Positions 1-11,700 of a DNA stretch of 64,000 nucleotides are shown piece after piece (the first letter of the stretch is position 1; each line of letters starts with the position of its first letter). The notes beneath the pieces were generated by a model. That model was not told where the DNA came from, ran no database searches, and worked only from the letters and a program-made list of their open reading frames with translations. Position numbers and translations under genes: made by a program. The DNA is from a virus. Lineage: Duplodnaviria > Caudoviricetes. Location of the stretch: positions 38,919 to 102,918 of IMG/VR virus record IMGVR_UViG_2795385551_000010. One strand, given 5' to 3'.

Positions 1-792
1 TGTACCCTTATAGCAGGCAATCGTGTCCGACAGCGCGTTGTACTTCACCGCATACGTGTCATCGTTAGCCACCGTGTTATCCACTGGATCACCAAGATAA
101 GTCCACGTCGTAGGGCCAGTGCCCGTAATCACGTGAACCTTGTTGTTGATAATCCCGGTCTCGAACTGGATACCCAAATAAGATTCCATCGCGTAGTCAG
201 AACAGACAATCACGTTGTACTTACCGGCACCGACATTCAACACCTTCGTGTTAATGGTCACCGAATCCATCGACATAGGCCAACGCCACAACGCAGCCGC
301 CGACGTAAACACCGGAAAGTTCGGACCCATCGAATTCGGCTTACCAATAAGCGAATGATCATGGATACCCAAAACTCCATTGCCGCCCATCGGACGCCAC
401 ATAGGCCCGATGTAGTTACCGCTGAAATCAGCCGTGAACTGACGCGCCGCATCCTCCGGAGAAACCACAACCGACAACGGGTAGCGCGGCTCCTTACGAA
501 CCACAATCCCATAACGCAACGGCTCAATCCGGCCATCCGGATAAGTCAACAGAATCTCGAAATGCGCCCCATGCGGAATAGCCCGCACATCAGGCTCATC
601 CTGAGTGAACGCGACGCCCGTATAACCAACCCTGCCGTCGAACTGCGCTAGAACAGCGCCAACATCATCCGTAAACGTAATCTGCGCTTCACTACCCTGC
701 GGATACTTACCACGCAACTGCCATTCGGGAATATCGAAACTAGACCCCGCCGACAAACACACAGTGTCAAGCGACGGATCAAAACCCAACAC
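1..792 (-). CDS. Minor tail protein, partial (runs off window start)
   Basis: Read manually: GTG at 792 after GGGGG, MLGFDPSLDTVCLSAGSSFDIPEWQL..., apparently open to the window edge; absent from the ORF track, consistent with no stop in the window. Confidence 0.7.
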   Translation of the reverse strand, partial: MLGFDPSLDTVCLSAGSSFDIPEWQLRGKYPQGSEAQITFTDDVGAVLAQFDGRVGYTGVAFTQDEPDVRAIPHGAHFEILLTYPDGRIEPLRYGIVVRKEPRYPLSVVVSPEDAARQFTADFSGNYIGPMWRPMGGNGVLGIHDHSLIGKPNSMGPNFPVFTSAAALWRWPMSMDSVTINTKVLNVGAGKYNVIVCSDYAMESYLGIQFETGIINNKVHVITGTGPTTWTYLGDPVDNTVANDDTYAVKYNALSDTIACYKGT

Positions 793-813
793 CTAATAAC
801 CCCCCTAAGGCAA

Positions 814-2400
814 TTAGACAGTGGCAACAGTCCTCTCCGCCGGAACCTCAACAAACCTGTCATCAGCCGAAACAGCCATAGACCGCGATTCCGCAGAAAC
901 TGAAACCATGTAATTAACTTCGTCCACAACAACCCCCCGGTCATCGAAAGCGACAGACATAACGCGGTCGAACTCATCGACCACCAAGAAACGGTTATCC
1001 GGCAGAACAACCACAAGCCGAGACTCGGCAGGAACGTCGATAATCTCGCGCGGCGTGGAAATCTGAACCCACATGGACGCCAGCACATGCAAGTCGGCCT
1101 GAGCCGTCACAAGCGCCGACAACACAGCGTCGGAAACCGCGACCACCGCAAGATCAGCCTGAGCCAACCTGGTGACCCGCGCCGCCGCGCTCATCGTCGC
1201 CGTAACCGCCAAATCCGCGGCCCCGGTGTCACCGGCCACCGCGTCAGCAGAAGGCGTCAGAGACACGGCCAGAGGCGCTTGCACGTTCACTGTCCGAACC
1301 GCCGTAGCAGTCGGGAATGCCCACACCGCAAGGTCCGCATTCATCAGACCGTTGTTCGACACAGCAGCCGACGTGTAAGCCGTCACCCCGAGTAGCGCCG
1401 ATACCGACACCTCCCGTGTGGCAGCCGCCGACAGCACCGCCGTAACCGCCGACGCGGCCTGCATGTTCTGGCCCTGCGACATCGCAGCATCCGGTGTCAA
1501 CGTCACCACCAAATCACCGATAGCGATCTTCGCCTTAGTCGAGTCGGCTGTCATCGTCGCAAACACCGACAGATCAGCGACACCGTTAGCGGTCCTCTGC
1601 GCCGCACCAGTCATCACCGCGTTAACGAACATTGCGGCTTGCGCCTTAGCCTCGTACTGCTGGCCCATATTCGGGTAAGCGGTAATGCCAAGGTTCGCCG
1701 CCATCGACTGACCGCGCGAAACAGATACCGCCGTCGTAGCCGTCACTGACAAACTCGCCGCAGCTGTCATGCCCATCGTCGCCTGACCAGACGCGCTTAC
1801 CGTCACGGACCTATCGGCAATAGCCGCCCATGCCACAGGCGCATACCAGGCGTAGAACCACACCCGGCCCGCGCCACCAGCCTTACCAGCATTCGCGATA
1901 CCAAACGCGCCGCCCGAGCCAGGACCACCACCAGCCCCCGGATCAGTACCCGCGTTATTCGTGGAACCACCCACGCCACCCGTATAGGTCTGCCCGTTAT
2001 AAATCTGATTGCCCGGACTCTCACCCGGCGTGTTCTTACCGTTACCCGCCGCCGCGCCAGCACCGCCCGCGCCGCCATTCGCCGTAGTCGTAGACCCGTT
2101 GAACGTCGCTGTCGAATTACCGCCCGCGCCCCCATTCGTTTCCTTAGGGCCTGCCGTACCCGCAGTACCATTCGAGCCCGTCACCGTCGCGGCTGCCCAT
2201 GAACCGCCGTCGGGACGCACCAAAGTAAGCACCTGGTACGTGCCCTTCTTACCCCCCTCGCCGGTCGTTCCAAGGCCACCATCGCCGCCGCCGCCACCCC
2301 CGCCGCCACCGAGCAGAATCACATCAACCCGGTTGGCGTCGGTAGGCAAGGTGTACGTGTATGAGCCTGTCGCCGTAATTGTCGTCAGACCCAGCGCCAT
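814..2400 (-). CDS. Minor tail protein with Gly-rich N-terminal domain and Ala/Val-rich repeats
   Basis: GGGGGGGGG and GKAGGAGRVW motifs; position in tail operon. Confidence 0.75.
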   Translation of the reverse strand: MALGLTTITATGSYTYTLPTDANRVDVILLGGGGGGGGGDGGLGTTGEGGKKGTYQVLTLVRPDGGSWAAATVTGSNGTAGTAGPKETNGGAGGNSTATFNGSTTTANGGAGGAGAAAGNGKNTPGESPGNQIYNGQTYTGGVGGSTNNAGTDPGAGGGPGSGGAFGIANAGKAGGAGRVWFYAWYAPVAWAAIADRSVTVSASGQATMGMTAAASLSVTATTAVSVSRGQSMAANLGITAYPNMGQQYEAKAQAAMFVNAVMTGAAQRTANGVADLSVFATMTADSTKAKIAIGDLVVTLTPDAAMSQGQNMQAASAVTAVLSAAATREVSVSALLGVTAYTSAAVSNNGLMNADLAVWAFPTATAVRTVNVQAPLAVSLTPSADAVAGDTGAADLAVTATMSAAARVTRLAQADLAVVAVSDAVLSALVTAQADLHVLASMWVQISTPREIIDVPAESRLVVVLPDNRFLVVDEFDRVMSVAFDDRGVVVDEVNYMVSVSAESRSMAVSADDRFVEVPAERTVATV

Positions 2401-2793
2401 TTACGCCGCCAAAGGACCAAACGTCAAACCAGCAGACGTAAGCGTCAAAGTATCCGTCGCAACCACACTTCGCGACTGCGCCAACGCCGCCGACCACAAA
2501 AAGTTACCGGCCGTAGAATTATCCCAAACACTGATATGCGTAATCGTCTCAGTCGCCGTCATCGTAAATGACGGGTTAGTGCCAGTAAGCGCAATCGTGC
2601 CATTCGCGGCAGCCGCATAAGTAGCCTGCGAGCGAGTCGTTACCGCAGACGGAGCCGTCGTACCATTCGCGCCCGGCGCAGCCGTATGCAACTTAATCCA
2701 CAAAGACGCGGGCTGAGTCCATGCAGTACCGCCCCGCACATGATCAAGAATCTTGTTCGCAAGGTTGGCAGTGCTAATACCTTCGCCAGCCAT
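2401..2793 (-). CDS. Minor tail protein
   Basis: LHTAAPGANGT...WDNSTAGNFLW motif typical of actinophage tail proteins. Confidence 0.75.
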   Translation of the reverse strand: MAGEGISTANLANKILDHVRGGTAWTQPASLWIKLHTAAPGANGTTAPSAVTTRSQATYAAAANGTIALTGTNPSFTMTATETITHISVWDNSTAGNFLWSAALAQSRSVVATDTLTLTSAGLTFGPLAA

Positions 2794-2927
2794 AAAACCC
2801 CCTATTAAATTGTTATTCAGTTATGAAAAAGAAAGCTATTCGCGAGTAGAACCATCCGCCTTAGTCACGACAGCCTCGGCATACGTGCGAACCTCAATCA
2901 GTTGCACGTTCTCATCAACATCCACCA

Positions 2928-3224
2928 CTACATTTCCTTGCAATCCACCTGGAAAGACCGATCATCCTGACGCCCCCCAGAAGTCGTAATATGAACCGTC
3001 ACCTGATAAGAAGTCCCGGCCACGCCACCCGACAACCACACCTTCACAGCAGAAGCAGATGTAGAAGACGAATCAACAGCCAATCCACCAGACGGAGTAA
3101 CCGTTGCCGACACCGCAGTAATCGTGTCCCCCGCCCTAGCGAGCCACTTCGACCAGTCAATATCCCAATCCAAGACAGCCTGCGGATCTTTCTTAAACTT
3201 CCCCAAGGTCGCAACTAGCGCCAC
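2928..3224 (-). CDS. Small tail-associated protein
   Basis: KDPQAVLDWDIDWSKWL...KVWLSGG...GRQDDRS. Confidence 0.7.
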   Translation of the reverse strand: MALVATLGKFKKDPQAVLDWDIDWSKWLARAGDTITAVSATVTPSGGLAVDSSSTSASAVKVWLSGGVAGTSYQVTVHITTSGGRQDDRSFQVDCKEM

Positions 3225-3287
3225 CCAAACACCCCCTTAAGCCAATACCGCGCCTTAACCTCCGCCGCCATAAGCCACAGATAGACG

Positions 3288-3446
3288 CTATACATCTTTC
3301 CAATCCACAACCTCGGCATACGGCCCGTAATGACCGCCGTTATCTACCGTCATAACAGCCCATGACATCGGACCCGACTCGTCATCACGCTTGATTGCGA
3401 CAGCCGTATCGGAAACCTTTACCGCGCCGCGCTTATAGTTATCCAT
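3288..3446 (-). CDS. Small hypothetical protein (52 aa)
   Basis: Read manually: MDNYKRGAVKVSDTAVAIKRDDESGPMSWAVMTVDNGGHYG...; fills the operon gap. Confidence 0.6.
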   Translation of the reverse strand: MDNYKRGAVKVSDTAVAIKRDDESGPMSWAVMTVDNGGHYGPYAEVVDWKDV

Positions 3447-3453
3447 TCATCCC

Positions 3454-5532
3454 CTAACCCATCTTGTAAAGACCAAAGAAACCAGAACCGGCCTGATACG
3501 TCATATTCGCCGTACCCGACTTGGAACCCAATCCATTGTTCTTAATAGGCAGCGTGTAACCGAGCTGCACCACGTCGCCAGCACTCAAACGAATGAACTC
3601 CGGCTTATCCCAATACAGGCTGATGGTGCCACCGCCAGAACCGTCATTACCGGCCGGAATAGTCTGCTGTTCCTGAGACACCAACGGAATATGGTTGGTG
3701 GTATTCACAACCACATCCGACGTTGGCGTACCATTAGCAACAATGCTCGATGCATTGGTAGACCAGGAAGTCCACGGAAAATCGTAATGAACGTAATAAA
3801 GTCCAGGATTATTGACAGTGATCGAACCAGCCGAAACATTAATCGTAACGTCATCCGATGCGAAATTCTGCACACCATAGAAACCAGACGGCAGGACGCC
3901 AGAGAACGTCGTAGAACTGCCCTGAGGCAGCGTGAACGAATGAGAAGGTCCGTTTATCGTAGACCCGCCATTCCGGGTCATCTTCCCGCCGCTGTAAAAC
4001 GTCGTCTTAGCGTAGAAGTCGCCAAAGAACAGAGACGCCAGCCGGAACGAATCGTAAAGATGGTTACCGTCGAACCAGCCACCGCTAGCAGTCTTACGCT
4101 GCATAACAATCGCCCCGCCAGTGCGGTTAGACGCGCCCGTCGTCACCGAGCTATCCGTAGCAGTCGCCTTAACGTCGCCACCAACATCGAGTACCCAGTT
4201 ATTCGTCTTGCGGTACACCGTCGCCGAAAGCCCCTGACCAAATGGCCCATACCACGAAATGAACGGGCTATTAAACGTGAATGTCCCGCCAGACCGCGAA
4301 TACTTACCGACAATTGCCTGTTGGCCATTAATGCCGAAATATGCCCCGGTCGTGTATCCGGTATCCGAGCTGAACAACACATAGGTAGCAATTGAATTCA
4401 AGCCACCCGCATCACCCAAGGTCACGGTCACCTGAACATCGTCAGTAGTAGCCACCTTATTGTTCGTTGCGTAGTAGGTTCCATCACCCCTAGACGCATC
4501 AATACCGCAATATCCATTTCCGGTACGAATCTTCAAATCGGAGCCCGTAAACTCCGCTGGCAAGGCCGCACCGTCCGCGCCACCGAACGTCGTAATATAA
4601 TTCAACAACCCAGACGGCACCGTGGCCTGCTGACGCTGATACTGCGCCTGAATAGCAGAGGTAGCCGCCGCAGCCTGAGCCGCAGTCTGCGCAACCTGAA
4701 TAGCTTGGTTCTTAGCATCAGTATTGGAGAAACCGTTACCGGCCAAACCAAGACCATTTACGAACGCATCGCGAACCGTGTTAATCCCCGTGATTACCTC
4801 GGCAATAGTTCCCGACGTAATCTTGGAAGCATCCAAGCCAGGGATAAAAGACGCCAACAAAGTGCCGAACAACTTAGTAGCATCGAACAGCCCGTTAGTC
4901 GCAAGGTTCTGCAACCGGGTGACCACATCACCGACCACCGCCCCGGCCTTACCGGCGATACCGTCAAACCAGCTCTGCAACCCGGAAATCATCGAGACAA
5001 CGAATTGGCCAGACGTGATCTTAGAAGCGTCCAAACCGGGAATGACCGCAGCGGCCAACAGGCCAATCACCTTAGCCGCATCCAAGTTCGACGCGGCCGT
5101 CAACAACTGCTGAACCCAGTTAGTGACCTGAGCATCAGTCGCCCCAGTAAGCCCAGTCAGCGCGTCCCTAAGCCACTTCAACCCAAGGAACGAATCAACC
5201 GCCTTCTCAAAAGCGTCCGCTAGGTCATTCCACCGCTGCGTCACGAATGCCGTCAGATCAGTCAACCCACCCGGCGAGCCCGTAACCGCCTTAGTGATAA
5301 GGCTGACCAGCGTGCCTAGATCCTGAAACCCATGAAGGATGTTCGTGAAGAACGTCAAAGATGCGTTCTGCCAAGACGTATCGCCCTGGACCTGATTGCG
5401 GTAGAAGTCGGTAACGGCGGTCTGCGTCCGGCCCGCCAATCCAGACAGGTCCGGCGCATCCCCCTTACCGTCAACCCAGCCCGCCAGCCAGCCGCCAGGA
5501 TCAAGCCCGGCGACACCGCTAGGCATCGTCAT
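3454..5532 (-). CDS. Minor tail protein, probable receptor-binding protein
   Basis: IPGLDASKITSG repeats and a beta-rich C-terminus; position after baseplate genes. Confidence 0.8.
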   Translation of the reverse strand: MTMPSGVAGLDPGGWLAGWVDGKGDAPDLSGLAGRTQTAVTDFYRNQVQGDTSWQNASLTFFTNILHGFQDLGTLVSLITKAVTGSPGGLTDLTAFVTQRWNDLADAFEKAVDSFLGLKWLRDALTGLTGATDAQVTNWVQQLLTAASNLDAAKVIGLLAAAVIPGLDASKITSGQFVVSMISGLQSWFDGIAGKAGAVVGDVVTRLQNLATNGLFDATKLFGTLLASFIPGLDASKITSGTIAEVITGINTVRDAFVNGLGLAGNGFSNTDAKNQAIQVAQTAAQAAAATSAIQAQYQRQQATVPSGLLNYITTFGGADGAALPAEFTGSDLKIRTGNGYCGIDASRGDGTYYATNNKVATTDDVQVTVTLGDAGGLNSIATYVLFSSDTGYTTGAYFGINGQQAIVGKYSRSGGTFTFNSPFISWYGPFGQGLSATVYRKTNNWVLDVGGDVKATATDSSVTTGASNRTGGAIVMQRKTASGGWFDGNHLYDSFRLASLFFGDFYAKTTFYSGGKMTRNGGSTINGPSHSFTLPQGSSTTFSGVLPSGFYGVQNFASDDVTINVSAGSITVNNPGLYYVHYDFPWTSWSTNASSIVANGTPTSDVVVNTTNHIPLVSQEQQTIPAGNDGSGGGTISLYWDKPEFIRLSAGDVVQLGYTLPIKNNGLGSKSGTANMTYQAGSGFFGLYKMG

Positions 5533-5978
5533 TAGCCGCCCCCCTCCATGCGTGCACGAGCCTCACGGAGCCGCGAAACGCTATCGAGAAGACGGCCCTC
5601 GAATTCCTTAAGCGCAGCCTCATGGTCACCCGGCCCAACCTGCGCAACCTCGGCAGCAATCTCCGGGAACTGCTCAGCCGCCATAGCCGCCGCATGCGCA
5701 ACCAATTCGTCCGGATCGCTCGTCAACTCCCCAATCGAGAAATTCCTAAGCGGCCCAGTCGGAGGCTTAATCCACTTCGTCTGCTTATCCGCATGGAACC
5801 GGCACCCGAAATCCCACAACATCTGAGACAGGGCAGGCCAACATTGCGGAGGAATAAGCGGCTGATTCCGGTACTTCCCTTCCCCCTTATCGCGAGGGTC
5901 GGGAATACCGGCCGAAAACATCCAAGCAAAAGCTTCCTGCGGATCATCCAAATTAGACTCGGCTTGAGTCTTAGACAT
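5532..5978 (-). CDS. Minor tail protein (DUF2744-like)
   Basis: DDPQEAFAWMF...LWDFGCRFH motif; synteny. Confidence 0.75.
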   Translation of the reverse strand: MSKTQAESNLDDPQEAFAWMFSAGIPDPRDKGEGKYRNQPLIPPQCWPALSQMLWDFGCRFHADKQTKWIKPPTGPLRNFSIGELTSDPDELVAHAAAMAAEQFPEIAAEVAQVGPGDHEAALKEFEGRLLDSVSRLREARARMEGGG

Positions 5979-5996
5979 TACTAGTTCCCCCAATAA

Positions 5997-7760
5997 CTAA
6001 CTTTGAACCAAATGGACACCCACGTTGTTCAAAGCCTCACTCATCTTTTTGGCCAAACGAGCCATACGCTCACCAATAGACATCGCGCGATCAGACTTAC
6101 CGGCTTTCAGCACCCACGAAAGCGGATGCTTACTGTCCGAGTGATCCCACGCAGCCGTCATTTCTTCCAACTGATTCACCCAAATAATGTGTTCAATACC
6201 CTTGGACTGGACCGTTGAACCAAGACGCTGACCGATATCGATATGCAGACCGGGAATAATCCACGAGTCATGCAACGCCATCAGATGCGTAGTCTCAGCC
6301 CGCCCGACAAGGAACCCGCCACGCAATGCAGAAAGCGCACTCAACGACCACGCATTGTTTTCCGCACCCTGCTGGTACAGCTCCATGTAATGGCACCAGC
6401 CCAATTGCGTAGCACGTCCGGTGTTTTTCCATTCGAGCCACGCGGCAATGGTGCCTACAATGAAAGGCATGATTATGTCAGCGGCAATAGTTCCCGCACT
6501 AGAGAAACCGCCAAGCAAGAAATAGCCCAACAGGTTTCCCGTAGTTTCAATGATCAGCTTCGCAATAGCGTCTGCTGCCGGGTTATCGCCGCCCACCACA
6601 ACCGAAACGTTTTTCGCCGGACCCCAACTAAGATCGCTCGACTCAATCGGCGTCCACTCGTTATCGCGCACTACCAACCAGGGCTGCTTAGCCATCGTGC
6701 CCAGCCAGCCCGTCTGGTAATACTCGTCAGGCTGCAACGTCTGGTCGTCAGAAACAACGCTCAACGTGTCCTCAACGAACCCGCCACCATAAGTAATCAC
6801 CGAACGCGCAAAGCCGTCCAGAATCGTGCCCTCAAAGAACGTGCCACCCAGCGCGGTAGCATTCGAGTTATCGACAACCTCGAACACGAGAGCGCCATTA
6901 GCGACCCGCCCAAGCGGTGCACTGATCAAACCGTCAACCGTTTCGCCGTCATCCGACAAAACACGCCGATACGTCATCGTCAACTGCGCATCATCAAGCG
7001 AATCCGCGATAACCGCGTCCACCGGATTCATGCGAGCTGACATGAAACTCCATAAGCTCGAATCGTCCAATAGCCACGGGCTGCATTTAATGTGCGTCTG
7101 CCACGATGACCAATCAATTGTCGTGCCCCAAGACTGCAAGTCGAATGGATCATCCGGCAGCGTGAAGGGGTGACCCTCAATCCGAAATAGGTTGATAAAA
7201 ATTAATGCAGAAATGCACCATTTACTGGGGCCAGCCAGCGCGAAAATTCGCGGGAATTGAAAAAGCGGGATAGGCAATAGCGGATTAGGCGGGCACAAAA
7301 TATATTGCAAATGGGTAAGCTCGTCGTTAAACGTAACTTCCAAATACTTAACGTGATCCTTTGACTTAACAGTCCAGTGATCCAGCAGACCCGACCAACG
7401 TTTCTTGCCACCGTAGAAATCAACGGTGACAACAACGTTCTTTTTGTAATCAGGATTGTTAGGCAGTTGCTTCAACCACATTGACATGTAGTGGTCATCC
7501 CGCAATTCCAAAACACCCTGAGTAGGCGTGTTGTTCTTAAACGGGAACGAACCCCTAATCGAATCGTCATAGTCGACGCGGCCCACATAAATCAGCCCCG
7601 GAGCCCCCGTAGGGTCATTCATCCAAAACCGGATCAACGGCTTAGCGCGCCGAAACGCCCAATGTTGCGCCCGCTGCTCGTCAGCCTTAGCCTCAATGGC
7701 CTTAAACGCCTTCCACGGATCGTTACCGTGGTCAGACATCAGACTTACCCAGTCGCTCAC
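5997..7760 (-). CDS. Minor tail / baseplate hub protein
   Basis: PPNPLLPIPLFQFPRIFALAGPSKW motif of mycobacteriophage tail proteins; synteny. Confidence 0.85.
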   Translation of the reverse strand: MSDWVSLMSDHGNDPWKAFKAIEAKADEQRAQHWAFRRAKPLIRFWMNDPTGAPGLIYVGRVDYDDSIRGSFPFKNNTPTQGVLELRDDHYMSMWLKQLPNNPDYKKNVVVTVDFYGGKKRWSGLLDHWTVKSKDHVKYLEVTFNDELTHLQYILCPPNPLLPIPLFQFPRIFALAGPSKWCISALIFINLFRIEGHPFTLPDDPFDLQSWGTTIDWSSWQTHIKCSPWLLDDSSLWSFMSARMNPVDAVIADSLDDAQLTMTYRRVLSDDGETVDGLISAPLGRVANGALVFEVVDNSNATALGGTFFEGTILDGFARSVITYGGGFVEDTLSVVSDDQTLQPDEYYQTGWLGTMAKQPWLVVRDNEWTPIESSDLSWGPAKNVSVVVGGDNPAADAIAKLIIETTGNLLGYFLLGGFSSAGTIAADIIMPFIVGTIAAWLEWKNTGRATQLGWCHYMELYQQGAENNAWSLSALSALRGGFLVGRAETTHLMALHDSWIIPGLHIDIGQRLGSTVQSKGIEHIIWVNQLEEMTAAWDHSDSKHPLSWVLKAGKSDRAMSIGERMARLAKKMSEALNNVGVHLVQS

Positions 7761-8638
7761 AGCGTCACCCCCGGACGCGACCACGGACGCGAGAACCAAC
7801 GCGGAACCGTGAGCTTGATAGCGCCGCCCTGCGCCGCATCCTTAAGACGAACCGGCACATCGCCGCCCTTACCGGGCATCAGCGGATAGAGAAGGTCATT
7901 GCCCTTCCACCTGTGCTGAGTCGGCATTCCATTGGCCGAAATAAGCGTCTGCACGCGCGGATCAGAATCCGCAGATACATGCTCACCGGCCACCAAAGCG
8001 GGCAACGGAATAGTCCGGCCCACATCATCAAGGCCCCGCGAATACATGTCATTGCCCCACGAAAAGTCAGGCAATACCCACGTACCCGGAGCCGTACAAA
8101 CCCACCGCAACCACACCGGCACATCGCCGTCATTGCGAATCGGGAACTTAGTAAAGTCATCCGTGTGAAGGGTTTCCCAAACGTATTCCTTGGGCTCCTC
8201 CTGCCAATACGGGAACGTAGACGTAACCGTCATGACAATCGGGTTATCCGCAGTGATATGCGGATCTTTTTCGTAGTAAGGCTTAGGCTCTTCCATGAGC
8301 CGCACATTCAGCCAACGAGTACCGTCGCTAGTGGTAACCCTTATCGTTGATTCTTCGTCGTAGTCCCAAGCCCAACGCCAAGCCGAATCAATAGACGCCC
8401 ACGTATCCGGATCGGCGTCCCACGCCTGAACCGAAAAAACAATCTCGCGGCGCTGCACACGCTTACCCGCGTATTCCTCACCAAACGGACCAGGAACGTA
8501 AAGCGTCTTAACCGGCGCGTCATAAAACTGTTGCAAGTTCGGGGAAAGGGTCACCCCCTGCTTCCCCATGCCGGGACCAGACAGAACCCAATGGGAACCA
8601 TCCCGACCCGTCAATTCAATTTTCAGGAAATCGGTCAC
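7757..8638 (-). CDS. Distal tail (Dit-like) protein
   Basis: Follows tape measure; WVLPDFSWG and SDPRVQTL motifs. Confidence 0.85.
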   Translation of the reverse strand: MTDFLKIELTGRDGSHWVLSGPGMGKQGVTLSPNLQQFYDAPVKTLYVPGPFGEEYAGKRVQRREIVFSVQAWDADPDTWASIDSAWRWAWDYDEESTIRVTTSDGTRWLNVRLMEEPKPYYEKDPHITADNPIVMTVTSTFPYWQEEPKEYVWETLHTDDFTKFPIRNDGDVPVWLRWVCTAPGTWVLPDFSWGNDMYSRGLDDVGRTIPLPALVAGEHVSADSDPRVQTLISANGMPTQHRWKGNDLLYPLMPGKGGDVPVRLKDAAQGGAIKLTVPRWFSRPWSRPGVTL

Positions 8639-8660
8639 TCTATTTAGTTGTCTCCCCCAC

Positions 8661-8694
8661 AAGAAAACCCCGCCCAACCGAAGTCAGGCGGGGT
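8661..8694 (-). terminator. Intrinsic terminator-like hairpin after tape measure
   Basis: ACCCCGCCTGAC-TTCG-GTTGGGCGGGGT followed by TTTCTT on the minus strand. Confidence 0.7.
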
Positions 8695-8716
8695 CTCCCC
8701 GTGAATCGTTATTCAG

Positions 8717-11700
8717 TTATCGCATAGGCAAGATAGGTGCCTGCTGCTGCGCATCCCGGCGCTGCTGACCCTTATAGAACTCGTCGTAATTCGCCGTGTG
8801 GATATCGCCGTAGTTATTCACCACAGCCGGACCACCACCGCTGCCCGAAGACTGCGGAGGACCAGGCAACACCGGGGCACCGTAAGCGCCCTGCGTAGTT
8901 CCCTGCGTCAACGTTCCAACCATCAAGCTCGACAAGATATTGGCCGCACCAGACGCCACCTGGCCCGCAATCTGCGCACCAGCCGCCGCCGCCGAACCAG
9001 CCGCGCTACCAGCCGCACCACCCGCACCGAATGAACCGGCCGACGCCGCAGCCGAAATGGCCATCGACATAGCAGACCCAATGGTCGACGCCGCACCCTG
9101 AATGCCCTTAGACAACCAAGGCGCGTTGTGATCCTGATTGGTAGGAGCCGCCCCGAGAATCGAACGCGGATCTTGCTCCGGCGTAGCACCTTCCGGAGCA
9201 TCCGCACCCGGTGAAGCACCACCACCGCCGCCCTGCAACGCCGAACCAATGCCGGACATCGCATCGCCAACCGACTTCATTGCCGTATCCGTCTGCGGAG
9301 TGGTCCCCGACGACTGAGCGGCAATCTGCGAATCCGTCTGGCTCTGCGCTTGCGCCTGTGACGACTGCTGCGCTTGCTGAGCTTGCGCCCCGGCCGGATC
9401 AGGCATCGGCTGCTGCGTCTGCGGAGCCGGTGCCGTAAACCCTGGAATCAGGATCGGCCCGCCCTCGTCAAACCCAGGCAACCTGCCTTCATTGATCGCA
9501 TGCATAAGGCCAGTTCCGTACTTAGACACCGATTTTGCCTTAACGATGTACTCACCGTTAGACACCCGAGCCAGCATCGAATCCGACGTACCCGTGCCCG
9601 CACCAGCCAACAAACCGCCCGACGCATAACCATTCGGGAAGTAAGCCCAGTTCGTAAACTGCGAGCTGCTGTACCCAGATGCCCCAGCGCCCAACGCAAT
9701 TGGCTTGCCCTCGGTCGACGCCTCAAAGTTCCGGCCATCCGGCAACGTGCCCGCCGTATGCGAACCATTCCAACCGATACGCAAGGTGCCCGCTGGCGCT
9801 TCGCCCGGCGAATTGATCAGAACAGCGCCCTTGGCCTGCAAGGTCGAAGCCTCGGTGCCAGTACCGCCAGAGCGGCCCGAGAACTGCTTACCGTTCCACG
9901 CATCAGCGATGTACATGACAAGCCCGGAACAGTCAGTGCCGTCCAAGCTTCCGCCGCCCCACACATAAGGCTTACCGGCCATCGACTCAGCCATTTGCGT
10001 AGCACGCGCAGCGGCCGGAGAAACGTTCCCCGGCAACCCAATCGTGCCCGTCAAAGCTGACTGACTAGTCGGCAACGGATTCTGATACCCGTCCGTAAGC
10101 GCAGCCACCTCAGGATCGGCCGGTTGTCCAAGAATCGACTTACCCAAACCGCCCAAGCCCGACCGGAAAGCATTCAGATAGGACAAGTCCAACCCGAAGA
10201 AACCAGCAATCGCCTGAACCAGAATCGAACCGATCTGCTCCAAAATCCCTAGCGGCTGAATGTTCTTAGGCAGCACCTTGCCGCCGATAGCGACCTGCCC
10301 GTTCTGGGCCAAGAGGCCAGTAGCGGCTTGCTGCTGCGGAACCTCATTAGCAGGCCCCGGCAACTGCGACAGTTGGTTACCACCAGGCATCGCAATACCC
10401 ATGCCATGCCGCGTCTCAACGACCGTAGGAACAGGCGGAACGTTCGACCCGCTCGTCTGCCCCTTATCGCCCAAACCGTCCGGCAGAGGCGAATACGTGC
10501 CCTTAGCCGGGTCATACAGACCAGGGTTAGACATATCCGGAAGCGGCTTAGCCGGTGCCGGGGCGGGCGGAACAAACCTGTAGTCATCGCGAGGTTTCGG
10601 AGGTGCCGTCACGATGTGCGGGCCAACCTCACCGCCCTGATCGAATCGAGGTAGTTTGCCCTCATTGATCGCGTGCATCAAGCTCGACCCGTACTTGGAA
10701 ACCGACGCCGCCTTAATGACAAACTCGCCATTAGAGACGCGCGCCAACATCGAATCCGACGTGCCAGTACCCGGCCCCGACAACAGACCACCGTCCGCGC
10801 GCTGCGGAACACCCACAGCCCATTTCTGGAACTGATCTTGCGACAACCGCAGCTCGACGCCACCACCCGCAAGAGGCGTAGCGCTAATGAACTGATCCTT
10901 TAAAGCCTCCGGAATAGACGCTGCTGGAATACCCAGATCAACAACACCGCCATTACCCGACGGATCGGGATATGCCTTAGTGACGTTGTACGGCGCGAAC
11001 GGATTGCCCTGCTTAAGGCCAATAGCGCCAGCACCACCGGCAGCATTGTTCTTAAGCAATTCAGACTGCACATCAGCCGACGTGCCCACGTCATGACGAA
11101 CAGCACCCGCTACCTGTGAGGACGCAATAGCCTGATCACCCAAGCCAGGCAACATTGTCTTACCGAGCCGCGACGCGCCCTGCTGAATATCAGCCAGCGT
11201 GTACGACTCAGGATGCAACGACGTAGGCCCGCCACCCGGAATCTGACCGGCAGCCCGAGCGGCATTGAACTTGTCAATAGCTTTCTGGTCACCACCAAGA
11301 GCCTTTGCAAGAACATCAGACGTAATGCCGATCTTCTCGTAAGCCTCGTGGTTTTTCTTCCAGTATTCCGATTCTGTAAGAGCGCTCTCGGTGATCTTGT
11401 CCAATCGACCAAGCTCAGCATTACGCGCATCAACCTGGTTAGGCGTAAACAACTGCCCCAACTTAGTGCGGTTAATACCGACCTTCTCGGCCTGCGCATT
11501 AATGTTGATTCCATCGCCACGACTACCCGAGTCCTGCTTGTAGTCGCCCATCGCATTCAGCTTGTCAATCAAGCCCTGCTGCGTAAGCTCACCCGAAAGG
11601 GCAGTCAGCTCAGTGCGCAACCGCCGAATCTCATCCGCATGACGAGCAGTCTTAGTAGCCGCATCGTCCTGCTTCTGCGCCAACGTGTACAACACGCCAC

